Shown here: positions 1-8,102 of the stretch, one piece after another | Layout of the letters: each line of letters starts with the position of its first letter | How positions within the stretch are numbered: position 1 is the stretch's first letter | From: Planctomycetota bacterium | GTDB lineage: Bacteria > Planctomycetota > GCA-002687715 > DRQF01 | Assembly (NCBI GenBank): GCA_036479435.1 | Contig: JAZGFI010000114.1 | Span: 1 to 16,140 of the forward strand | Reading direction: 5' to 3' | DNA length: 16,140 nucleotides | The notes under the pieces: generated by a model | Database searches by the model: none | What the model saw: only the letters and a program-made list of their open reading frames with translations | Told to the model about the DNA's origin: nothing | Program-made: the position numbers and the translations under genes

Positions 1-617
1 TTCGTCTCTTTCCAATTCAGATTCAGAGCGCAGCCCAAGGCTGCGGTTGAAGAAACCTCGGGCTTTTTACCCGCTAGAATCGCGTCGAGCGCTTCGCGAA
101 GGTAATTCTGCTCTGGCGCGTACTTACGGTAGCTGCCGACCCCGCCAGCTTCGCGCTTGCGATAGCCGTATTGATCGTCCAAGGCGCCACGGTAGACGAC
201 CTTGCCGTCTCGACCCGCGACGAGGATCTCGGTGGTACGAGTCACCTTAAGCTTGCGGGCGACCTTGGCAGCCAGATCACGCAGGATTCGAAGGTCTCCG
301 CTGAGTTCCTCGTTCGCGACCTTCAAGGCGGCAGCATGGTCTTGTTGCGACGAGTCGATGAGAACGAATCTGATCCCCTTCGCCGCATATTCGGCGGCCA
401 TCGACTCAAGTCGAGGCCGATAGATTTTGCACATGGGACAGCCGAGGTTGGTCCAGGCCAACACGGTCGCTTTCTCCGCCGCTTGGGTCTTAACCGCGAC
501 TTTTTTGCCGTCGACGGCGGTCAAATAAATGACTTTCGGCAGCTTGGTGACACCTTGGCCCCAAGCGGCAGCCCCAGCCCCCAGCGTGACCATCAAAATC
601 AACAAGACTCGACTCAT
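1..617 (-). CDS. Secreted thioredoxin-fold redoxin (AhpC/TSA, PRX-like) protein; 3' end runs off the window
   Basis: Not in the ORF track because it has no stop in the window. Translated by hand from ATG 617: MSRVLLILMVTLGAGAAAWGQ (signal peptide-like)...AWTNLGCPMCKIYRPRLESMAAEY...VTRTTEILV...VVYRGALDDQY...NYLREALDAILAGKKPEVSSTAALGCALNLNWKET. CxxC, YRGxxDDQ and the late GC motif are typical of this redoxin family. RBS AAGGAG at 630-625. Confidence 0.88.
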   Translation of the reverse strand, partial: MSRVLLILMVTLGAGAAAWGQGVTKLPKVIYLTAVDGKKVAVKTQAAEKATVLAWTNLGCPMCKIYRPRLESMAAEYAAKGIRFVLIDSSQQDHAAALKVANEELSGDLRILRDLAAKVARKLKVTRTTEILVAGRDGKVVYRGALDDQYGYRKREAGGVGSYRKYAPEQNYLREALDAILAGKKPEVSSTAALGCALNLNWKET

Positions 618-645
618 GAAACCTCTCCTTGAATGTTCCGGCGAG

Positions 646-654
646 ATGATAGCA
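646..654 (-). promoter_or_regulatory. Putative extended -10 promoter (TGCTATCAT) for the redoxin gene
   Basis: TGn-TATCAT on the minus strand, 28 nt upstream of the ATG and just upstream of the RBS. Confidence 0.4.
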
Positions 655-723
655 AGACGCGGGGTGAAGGAAGGCGGCCAGGGCGTTATCGTCGCGCCTC
701 GCAACCGGAGATCGAGACCCCCT

Positions 724-1815
724 ATGAGCGTTTCTTGCGGCATCGTCGGCCTACCCAACGTCGGCAAAAGTACCATTTTCAATGCCCTTACGGCCGCCAA
801 GGCCGAACAGGGAAATTACCCTTTTTGCACTATCGAGCCCAACGTCGCCGTTGTCGAAGTGCCCGACGAAAACCTAGGCATTATTCATCGCTTCATCCAG
901 ACCGATCGAGTCTTGCCCGCCGTCTGCCGGATTACCGACATCGCAGGCCTGATCAAGGGCGCCTCGCAGGGTGAAGGCATGGGTAACCAGTTTCTCGCCA
1001 ATATCCGCGAGAGCGACGCCATCATGCAGGTCGTTCGCTGCTTTGAAGGCTCGGCCGTCCTCCGCGACGGCGCCGTCGATCCGATCGACGACATCGAAGT
1101 CATCGAACTCGAGCTGGCTCTGGCCGACCTTGAGACGGTGACAAAAACCCTCGAACGTGCGCTGAAAAAAACGCGCTCCGGCGACAAAGAAGCTTTTGCC
1201 GCCGTTGAGGTTTTGGAGCGGGCGAAGAGCCTCCTCGAAGAAGGCAAGATGCTGCGCTTGGAGACTTGGAAGCCGGACGAAAAGGCCGTCTTGAAACCGC
1301 TGTGTTTGATGACCAGCAAGCGAATGCTCTACGTCGCCAACGTTGCCGACGACGACCTCGACGGCCAAAGCGAACACGCGCAAAACGTAGCCGCGCGCGC
1401 CAAGGCCAGCGGAGCGAATTGGGTTCCGATTTGCGGCGATATCGAGTGCGAACTGCGACAGATGGATGAGGAAGACCGCAGGAGTTTCATGGCTGAACTC
1501 GGTATCGAGAAGCTCGGGCTACACCGACTTGTCCGCGCGGTCTACGATGTTTTAGACTTGCAGACTTTTTACACCGCGGGTGAAAAAGAGATCCGCGCCT
1601 GGACCGTCCACAAAGGAGAGCTCGCTCCCCAAGCGGCTGGAGTCATCCACACCGACTTTGAAAAGGCCTTCATCCGAGCCGAGATCTTTTCGGTCGAAGA
1701 CCTCGCCGCGTTTAAGAGCGAAGCCGCTATCCGCTCCGCCGGGAAGCTGCGCACCGAAGGTCGCGACTACGCGATGCGTGAAGGCGACATCTGCCACTTT
1801 CTTCTCGGCAAGTAG
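724..1815 (+). CDS. ychF: Redox-regulated ATPase YchF (Obg family)
   Basis: GIVGLPNVGKST P-loop, NYPFCTIEPN, DIAGLIKGASQGEGMGNQFLANIRE and C-terminal TGS-like APQAAGVIHTDFEKAFIRAE. Start moved from ORF-track 529 to ATG 724 (MSVSCGIVG), giving 363 aa. Confidence 0.97.
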   Translation: MSVSCGIVGLPNVGKSTIFNALTAAKAEQGNYPFCTIEPNVAVVEVPDENLGIIHRFIQTDRVLPAVCRITDIAGLIKGASQGEGMGNQFLANIRESDAIMQVVRCFEGSAVLRDGAVDPIDDIEVIELELALADLETVTKTLERALKKTRSGDKEAFAAVEVLERAKSLLEEGKMLRLETWKPDEKAVLKPLCLMTSKRMLYVANVADDDLDGQSEHAQNVAARAKASGANWVPICGDIECELRQMDEEDRRSFMAELGIEKLGLHRLVRAVYDVLDLQTFYTAGEKEIRAWTVHKGELAPQAAGVIHTDFEKAFIRAEIFSVEDLAAFKSEAAIRSAGKLRTEGRDYAMREGDICHFLLGK

Positions 1816-1829
1816 CCTGAAAGCAAAGA

Positions 1830-1877
1830 ACGAAGGCGCGTAACCTGCCACTCATTGGGCTGGTTCCGCGCCTCCGT
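1830..1877. terminator. Long imperfect hairpin between convergent genes (likely bidirectional terminator)
   Basis: ACGAAGGCGCG (1830-1840) pairs with CGCGCCTCCGT (1867-1877) with one mismatch, continued inward by AACC/GGTT and CCA/TGG. No strong U-tract. Confidence 0.5.
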
Positions 1878-1899
1878 CACTGCGGTGTTTGCAGATTGA

Positions 1900-3717
1900 C
1901 TACTCGTGTACGGTAAAGACCGGGTTCGAGAAGTTTCCGAGTCCGTTGCTTCCGATGGCCAAGGCCTGGAAGGTCAACTCGATGGGCTCAGCCGTATGGC
2001 CAAAGACCACCGTACTCATTGACTCGGGACCGACGCCAACTTGAGCGACGCCAAAATATTGGTTGACATCCCACCAGATGCTTCCGTAAGGCGCGAAGCT
2101 CTGCTCTGAGTCTTGCCTGCCGACGAAGACGTAGTGCGTCATACCCGGCTGCGTATGGACGTTGCCGGTGTACTGAACACCACCTGCGACCTGTGCAATC
2201 GACAGTTCAAAAACGGCGTGCGTGAACTCGTGCGAGCCCATATCCAGGCGGGTGATACCATTGAGGTCGCCGTCCATGTAGCGGTTAGCGCCGGAGTTGT
2301 CCAGCCCGCTCGCAGCGGAAGCGTCGTTACCGACATCGATGCAGGGCGACTGCGGAAGCAAACGGAGGTCGTCGTTCTCGTTGCCCGCGAAGAGGTCAGG
2401 GCCCTTAGCGTCAACGAACATGGGGTCATCGGCAAAGGAGTTCGGGAAATCAGCGGCGAGCGGGACCGGGTAGCCGGCGTTGGGCACCAGCATGTTCTGG
2501 ATGCAGCTGTGGCTCGCACCCGTGCCAAAGATCTGCGACTGGGCTCCTGAGCCGTTGATGTCGACGTTAGCGAAAAAGATCGAGGTATCGACCAGAATCG
2601 AGCCCGAACCGTCAACGTAGAGCCCACCGGTTTCGACGGTGGCGAGGTTGGCGTAGAAGGTGCAGCATCGCAGGCTGGTGTTGCTCCCACCCTTAACGAC
2701 GACACCGCCACCAAGACCGCCGAATCCGAGTTGCGCCAAGGCATTGTTCGCACTGAACTCACAGTTTTCGACGGCGGCTTCGCCGTCGAGGTAAAGCGCG
2801 CCACCGTTGTGGGCCTTGTTACCGAGGAAACGGCATTCGCGCAGATCCGCAGTGCCGAGGCTACAAATGGCGCCGCCGACGCAAGGCTCAAGACCGCCGC
2901 AACAGCCGAATTCCGTCTTGTTGCCGACAAAAACCGTTTGGCAGACAACGATCGTCGTACCGACTTCGGCATTTATGCCAGCGCCAGCCCCCTGGTAGGT
3001 GCCGCCGGTGGAGTGATTCGTGTCGAATTTGGACTTATTGACACTGACAGTTGAGGAGCCCGAGACGTTGATGCCCGCGCCCTTGCCGTAGCGTGTTTCG
3101 TTGCGATCGAAGAAGCAATTGTTGAAGGTGACGTCGGCACCAGAGGTCACCGAAACCGCGGCGCCATCGCGCGCCACGTTGAATCGGAAGGTGCAGTTGT
3201 TGACCGTGGCATGGCCACCGAAAACATCGAGGCCAGCTCCCCGATTCGGGTTCGAACCAAAAGCGTAGCCGCCTTCGACCACGACGCCATCCAGCAGCGT
3301 TCCCGCTGCCGTGTTGAACATGCGGACGACGTGAAGCGAGTTCTCGCTAATGTTGCCCAGATAAAAGACATCATTGCCAGAAAGGTCACCGCTAAATTTG
3401 GTGATGTGCGCGTCAACATCGCGCTCGTCCAAAGAGGCTTCGTTCCCCGAAAATCCGCCGTAGACTTTGGCGCCGCTGGGGACGTTGAAACTTGAAAAAC
3501 GGCTCGCACCGGGCTTGTAAACCCCTTCGGCGACCCAATAGTCGGCAGCTCCTTCGGCAAAGAGTGCGACTTGCAAATCCGGAAAAGCATCAGCCCAACT
3601 GGTGCCGTCTGCGGCACCCTGGGCATCTACATCTACGAATACGGTGTTTTGACAGAATGCGGGTTGCACGAGAGCAACCGCAAGGGCCGTCATCAGGCCC
3701 CATTTGAAATTAAGCAC
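1900..3717 (-). CDS. Secreted right-handed beta-helix (pectin lyase-like / Pmp-like GGA-FxxN repeat) protein with choice-of-anchor-Q-like motif and small C-terminal domain
   Basis: GTG start and signal peptide (MLNFKWGLMTALAVALVQPAFC). N-cap VFVD..A.GAADGTSWADAF.DLQ.AL...WVAEGVYKP...YGGFSG.E. Repeated F..N.A..GGA/GAG units. DDLRLLPQSPCIDVG...DMGSHEF motif. 605 aa. Confidence 0.8.
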   Translation of the reverse strand: MLNFKWGLMTALAVALVQPAFCQNTVFVDVDAQGAADGTSWADAFPDLQVALFAEGAADYWVAEGVYKPGASRFSSFNVPSGAKVYGGFSGNEASLDERDVDAHITKFSGDLSGNDVFYLGNISENSLHVVRMFNTAAGTLLDGVVVEGGYAFGSNPNRGAGLDVFGGHATVNNCTFRFNVARDGAAVSVTSGADVTFNNCFFDRNETRYGKGAGINVSGSSTVSVNKSKFDTNHSTGGTYQGAGAGINAEVGTTIVVCQTVFVGNKTEFGCCGGLEPCVGGAICSLGTADLRECRFLGNKAHNGGALYLDGEAAVENCEFSANNALAQLGFGGLGGGVVVKGGSNTSLRCCTFYANLATVETGGLYVDGSGSILVDTSIFFANVDINGSGAQSQIFGTGASHSCIQNMLVPNAGYPVPLAADFPNSFADDPMFVDAKGPDLFAGNENDDLRLLPQSPCIDVGNDASAASGLDNSGANRYMDGDLNGITRLDMGSHEFTHAVFELSIAQVAGGVQYTGNVHTQPGMTHYVFVGRQDSEQSFAPYGSIWWDVNQYFGVAQVGVGPESMSTVVFGHTAEPIELTFQALAIGSNGLGNFSNPVFTVHE

Positions 3718-3759
3718 TTAAGCCCCCCCACGAACATTGTCACGCCCCACACATCATGG

Positions 3760-3776
3760 CGATACTTTTTGTATCG
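3760..3776. promoter_or_regulatory. Inverted repeat CGATAC-N5-GTATCG, candidate operator upstream of the beta-helix gene
   Basis: Perfect 6-bp arms around a T5 spacer, about 43 nt upstream of the GTG start. Confidence 0.3.
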
Positions 3777-4061
3777 GAATTATTGCGGTAACGACATGAG
3801 GCCAATCCGTTTCCATTCCTTCGAGCGAACGGACCTCAAGGGTGTTGCCCACAGCGCTGGCATCCCTTGGGAAGACATAGAAGTTGATACAGGCGATTAC
3901 ATTAAATGAAGCAAGCGTCTTTTGCTTAATCCTTTAAGACACCAAAACCATCTCATAGATCACACGGCATGCCATCTGGAAAACAGGATCCGACTCAGAA
4001 GGCCAAAGGGTGCAAAACATTACAATCACGACCCATTTCAATCGGCGGAAACCCGTAGATA

Positions 4062-5198
4062 TCAAAAAAAGTCGCGGGCGATCGCATCCGCGACCAAAAG
4101 GCCATGGAGCTGGGGCCTCAAGATCACTCCATCTTGGATGAGGTGGCCACTCTGCCGCCACTGCTCGTAGGCCCGGGGCCGTTGAGCCGCCAGGTCGAAT
4201 CCGAAGTCTCGCTTCAACTGGTCAAGGTCTAAGCCCGCGGTTGTACGCAATGCGAGCATGATGGTTTCTTGGCGGGCCTCTTCCGACGTGAGGGTCTCAA
4301 TCTCTTCTTGGGGCAACTGGCCGTCCTCCAGTCGAGCCACATAGCCCTTCCAATCCCGCACATTCCACCACCGACGTTGGCCATCGAAACTGTGAGCCCC
4401 CAGGCCCACTCCGAGGTAGGGATCGCGACGCCAATACTTGCGATTGTGGCGAGATTGGTGCTGCTGCGATCGCGCCAGGTTGGACACCTCGTAAGGAGTC
4501 AGACCGCAGCGACCGAGTTGCTCCAAAAGCTCCAGGTAAAGATCAGCTTGCCTGTCGTTGTCCAACTCAACCAGACCCCCGGATTGGCGGCGCTGGTCGA
4601 AAGGAGTGCCCTCATGAAAAGTGAGCTGGTAAAGCGATACATGATCGACTTCGTGCTGGTCGACGACCTCAAGGCTAAGATCGAGATCTTCGCCACGGTT
4701 CTGGGGCAATCCGAAGATTAAATCGACGGAGACGGTTTCAAACCCTCCAGCCTGGGCACAGGCCAGAGCCTTTTGCGCGTCCTCGCCTCGATGACGGCGC
4801 CCGAGAAACTTCAGCTTGGAATCCGAAAAAGACTGCATGCCGAGACTCAAGAACGTCACATCCTCGGCACGCCAGGCTGCGATTCGTTGTTCCTCGATGT
4901 CTTCGGGGTTGGCCTCCAGATGCCAGCGGGCGTCGGGGGCAATAGGAAGACGCTCGCGCAACATGGTGGCCAAGGTCGCAAACTGCGCGGGACTAAGAGC
5001 ACTGGGAGTACCGCCGCCAAAATAGACGGTTTCAATTTCGGTTTCCCAGGATGCGGCGAGCAGCGACACTTCGCGCTCGATGAGAGACAAGTACTGGCTG
5101 CGACCTGAAGGACTATCCCGTACCACCGCGAAATCGCAGTAGGGACAAATCGCCGAGCAAAACGGGATGTGAACATACAGGCCAGCCCGCGCGGCCAT
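4062..5198 (-). CDS. hemW: Radical SAM family heme chaperone HemW
   Basis: LYVHIPFCSAICPYCDF (CxxxCxxC), YFGGGTPS, EANPE, YEVSN and the HemW-type HNRKYW motif. No long HemN N-terminal extension. Directly downstream of lepA. Confidence 0.93.
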   Translation of the reverse strand: MAARAGLYVHIPFCSAICPYCDFAVVRDSPSGRSQYLSLIEREVSLLAASWETEIETVYFGGGTPSALSPAQFATLATMLRERLPIAPDARWHLEANPEDIEEQRIAAWRAEDVTFLSLGMQSFSDSKLKFLGRRHRGEDAQKALACAQAGGFETVSVDLIFGLPQNRGEDLDLSLEVVDQHEVDHVSLYQLTFHEGTPFDQRRQSGGLVELDNDRQADLYLELLEQLGRCGLTPYEVSNLARSQQHQSRHNRKYWRRDPYLGVGLGAHSFDGQRRWWNVRDWKGYVARLEDGQLPQEEIETLTSEEARQETIMLALRTTAGLDLDQLKRDFGFDLAAQRPRAYEQWRQSGHLIQDGVILRPQLHGLLVADAIARDFF

Positions 5199-5200
5199 CC

Positions 5201-7003
5201 TCAGGAGCGGTCCTTGTCGGTTTTAAGCACCGCGAGAAAGGCCTCCTGCGGGATATCGACCGAGCCGATGGTCTTCATCTTTTTCTTGCCGGCTTTTTGC
5301 TTCTCAAGGAGCTTTCGCTTGCGAGTGATGTCGCCGCCGTAGCACTTTGCGGTCACGTCTTTGCGGAAGGCATTGATCGTCGTGCGCGCAATAATCGTCC
5401 CGCCGATAGCGCCTTGAATCGGGATCTTGAAGTTCTGCCTTGGAATCGCGTCCGCCAGCCGCTCGCAGTATCGCAGGGCCCGCGGACGGGCTTTGTCGCG
5501 GTGGACCAACTGAGCTAGAGCATCGACGGTTTCACGATTAACGAGGATGTCGACTTTCACGATCTCCGAGCGACGGTAGTCGAGCATCTCGTAATCGAAG
5601 GAACCGTAACCACGCGTGATGTTTTTTAGGCGGTCATAGAACTCGAACAAGACCTCGCCCAAGGGCATTTCGGATCGCACCTCGACGCGGCCCGTCGATA
5701 AGTACTGAAAATTCGTTTCGGCGGCGCGGTGGTCACGGCACAGCTCCATCACGACGCCCAAGAACTCCTCGGGAATGATGATCGCAGCCATGATGTAGGG
5801 CTCGCTGACCTCTTCGATAGAGCCGGGATCCGGAAAGTATGACGGGTTATCGACCGAAAGAACGTCGCCGTTGACCATCGTCACCTTGTAAACGACGCTG
5901 GGCGCCGTCAGCAACAAGGACATCCCAAATTCGCGGAACAGACGCTCTTGAATCACATCGAGGTGGAGCAAGCCCAGAAAGCCGCAACGAAATCCAAATC
6001 CGAGCGCGGCTGAGGTGTCTTTTTCGAAAGTGAGTGAGGCGTCGTTGACGGAGAGTTTCTCTAACGCCTTGGTCAAGTCTTCGTAGTCATCGCGGGCCAT
6101 CGGGTAAAACGACGAGAACACGACAGGCTTAGCCTCGGTGTAGCCGGGTAAACACTCGGTCGTGGGAAAGTCCGCGTCGGTGATCGTGTCTCCAATCGAG
6201 ATGTCGCGGATCGCTTTGATCCCGGCAATGACGTAGCCGACTTCTCCGGCGTCGAGGATGTCGCATTCTTCGTGTTCGAGTTTCTTGCGGCCGACCTCTT
6301 CGACGCCGTAGTCGACGCCACTGTTCATGAAGTGAATTCTCTGCTTGGCCCTGATGTGGCCGTGCACGACGCGGACCAGCAAGATCACCCCGCGATAGGC
6401 GTCATACTGAGCGTCGAAAATGAAAGCCTGAAGTGGTGCCTCCGGGTCGCCCTTTGGGGCGGGCAGTTTCTCGACGACGGCCTCAAGAACGTCGGAAATG
6501 CCGATCCCCTTCTTGGCCGAGCACAAAACCGCATCAAAGGGCTCAAGTCCCAAGTCAGATTCGATTTCTTCTTGGGCGCGTTCGATGTCGGCAGCGGGAA
6601 GATCAATCTTGTTGATGACGGGGATCAGCTCGAGGTCGTACTCAAGGGCGAGGTAGCGGTTGGCGACAGTTTGAGCTTCAACGCCTTGGGCCGCATCCAC
6701 TAAGATCAAGGCCCCTTCGCAAGACATCAACGAACGCCGTACTTCGTGAGAAAAATCCACGTGGCCCGGCGTGTCGATCAGGTTCAGCTCGTAGACCTTG
6801 CCGTTCTTGGCTGTGTAGGAAAGAGTCACCGTGTTGCTTTTGATGGTGATGCCACGCTCCCGCTCGATATCCATCGAATCGAGAAGTTGGTCACGGAATT
6901 TTCGGTCCGTCACGCCGTCACAGGCTTGGATCAGGCGATCTGCAAGCGTCGACTTGCCGTGGTCGATGTGGGCGATGATGCAGAAGTTGCGGATATGGTC
7001 CAC
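5201..7003 (-). CDS. lepA: Elongation factor 4 (LepA)
   Basis: IRNFCIIAHIDHGKSTLADR, ERERGITIK, DTPGHVDF, NKID, GFRCGFLGLLH and C-terminal RKDVTAKCYGGDITRKRKLLEKQK. GTG start, 600 aa. Confidence 0.98.
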   Translation of the reverse strand: MDHIRNFCIIAHIDHGKSTLADRLIQACDGVTDRKFRDQLLDSMDIERERGITIKSNTVTLSYTAKNGKVYELNLIDTPGHVDFSHEVRRSLMSCEGALILVDAAQGVEAQTVANRYLALEYDLELIPVINKIDLPAADIERAQEEIESDLGLEPFDAVLCSAKKGIGISDVLEAVVEKLPAPKGDPEAPLQAFIFDAQYDAYRGVILLVRVVHGHIRAKQRIHFMNSGVDYGVEEVGRKKLEHEECDILDAGEVGYVIAGIKAIRDISIGDTITDADFPTTECLPGYTEAKPVVFSSFYPMARDDYEDLTKALEKLSVNDASLTFEKDTSAALGFGFRCGFLGLLHLDVIQERLFREFGMSLLLTAPSVVYKVTMVNGDVLSVDNPSYFPDPGSIEEVSEPYIMAAIIIPEEFLGVVMELCRDHRAAETNFQYLSTGRVEVRSEMPLGEVLFEFYDRLKNITRGYGSFDYEMLDYRRSEIVKVDILVNRETVDALAQLVHRDKARPRALRYCERLADAIPRQNFKIPIQGAIGGTIIARTTINAFRKDVTAKCYGGDITRKRKLLEKQKAGKKKMKTIGSVDIPQEAFLAVLKTDKDRS

Positions 7004-7053
7004 TTTTGGCGTCGTCCTAGAGAGGTACCCGCCTCGGCGAGGCCAGGGCCCCC

Positions 7054-7082
7054 ATTATGGGCCGAGGTCGGGGTCCGCCCAA
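7054..7082 (-). promoter_or_regulatory. Putative sigma70 promoter of lepA-hemW
   Basis: TTGGGC (7082-7077), 17 nt spacer, CATAAT (7059-7054). It is followed by a small hairpin GCCTC/GAGGC (7031-7043) and AGGA (7018-7015) before the GTG. Confidence 0.55.
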
Positions 7083-7089
7083 GGACGCT

Positions 7090-7536
7090 TCAGCCCATCA
7101 TCGACAAAGGTATGACGACGATGATGGCCAGGATCGAAAACGCCAAGATCACCAAGGAACAAATGCTTAGGATTCGGCCGACCTGGGCCAAAGTTGAGGG
7201 CTCAGCGCCCACTTCTGCGCATTTTTTGCTGTAGCTATTCCAAGTGCTCAGGCCGAAGATCCCGAGAAATTGGCAAAAAACTAAGCCCAATACCCCAAAA
7301 ATGAGAACTGGTACATCCCCCTCCGGGGCTTTTTCGAGGTTCTCGCGGGCAAGGGCCTGGATCGGCTTAGACTCGGTGGCGGTTCCGGCCAAAATGGCCA
7401 AGCTGGCCACCCCGGCTTGGCTTACAGAAATCCGATTCGCCTGGTGGCAGGAGGGGCAGCGGACTTTTTTGCCGTTAGAATCAGCTGGCACCCCGAATTC
7501 GTAGCCACAGTCGTCGCAGTGGACCTGAAGTGTCAT
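7090..7536 (-). CDS. Zinc-ribbon plus two-TM (DUF4190-like) membrane protein
   Basis: N-terminal CDDC-x16-CPSC zinc ribbon. Hydrophobic segments VLIFGVLGLVFCQFLGIFGL and ILSICSLVILAFSILAIIVVIPL, with an LAQVGRILSI DUF4190-like pattern. GAAAGGTGA RBS upstream. Confidence 0.75.
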   Translation of the reverse strand: MTLQVHCDDCGYEFGVPADSNGKKVRCPSCHQANRISVSQAGVASLAILAGTATESKPIQALARENLEKAPEGDVPVLIFGVLGLVFCQFLGIFGLSTWNSYSKKCAEVGAEPSTLAQVGRILSICSLVILAFSILAIIVVIPLSMMG

Positions 7537-7691
7537 CGCTCACCTTTCCATCAGCAAAACCGGGCTGGCGACATGGGTCGCTTAGATGCACTGCCATACG
7601 CCAAATCCTCTATTCTATTCTCAATCCCAGTAAATCGCCCCAAGAAAACCGCGCCGCCAGCAAGTCATCGTTGCGTACCAGGGCTTCCGTT

Positions 7692-7703
7692 TCTATTAAT
7701 AGA
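7692..7703. promoter_or_regulatory. Perfect 12-bp palindrome TCTATTAATAGA in a divergent intergenic region (candidate operator)
   Basis: AT-rich perfect palindrome in a GC-rich context, about 42 nt upstream of the DUF952 ATG. TTGCGT (7671-7676) lies 17 nt upstream of its TATTAA. Confidence 0.35.
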
Positions 7704-7745
7704 CCAGTCAAACGTGCCTAAATCGCAGGAAGGTCCGCCACTACC

Positions 7746-8102
7746 ATGTCTGAACTAGTCTTTCGCGTCCTTGAGGCGGCCGTCTGGAGGAAGGTGGTCT
7801 CCAACTCGAGCTTTGCCGGTTCCGAACACGACCAACGCGACGGATTCATACACCTTTCAAGCGGTAGCCAAGTTGCGGCCACGCTCGCTCGACACTATTC
7901 CGCTCAAACCGACCTTTGCCTGTTGGAAATCAATGCGACGGCACTAGGCGACTCGCTCCGCTGGGAGGCCTCGAACGGTGGTGAAGAATTCCCGCATCTT
8001 TACGGTCCTCTCGCGACTGCGGCGGTCAACACGGTCTATCCGCTGCCGCTCGACGACAAAGGCCTCCACGAGCTGCCATCATCTCTGGGCGAATCGGGCT
8101 AA
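7746..8102 (+). CDS. DUF952 family protein
   Basis: GSEHDQRDGFIHLSSGSQV..T..RHY, LRWEAS.GGEEFPHLYGPL...AV match the DUF952 signature. 118 aa, AGGAAGG RBS. Confidence 0.9.
   Translation: MSELVFRVLEAAVWRKVVSNSSFAGSEHDQRDGFIHLSSGSQVAATLARHYSAQTDLCLLEINATALGDSLRWEASNGGEEFPHLYGPLATAAVNTVYPLPLDDKGLHELPSSLGESG

Noticed and set aside
61..72. Suspected frameshift at the T-run in the redoxin gene
   Set aside because: Recount gives five Ts, and the frame reads through correctly to the conserved GC motif.
529..723. 65-aa N-terminal extension of YchF in the ORF track
   Set aside because: It overlaps the minus-strand redoxin start and promoter. Family similarity begins at ATG 724.
1330..1356. YchF G4 motif NVAD rather than NxxE
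   Set aside because: Conservative change, with no basis to claim altered nucleotide specificity.
4062..5198. Oxygen-independent coproporphyrinogen III oxidase HemN
   Set aside because: The short N-terminus, HNxxYW motif and lepA linkage indicate HemW.
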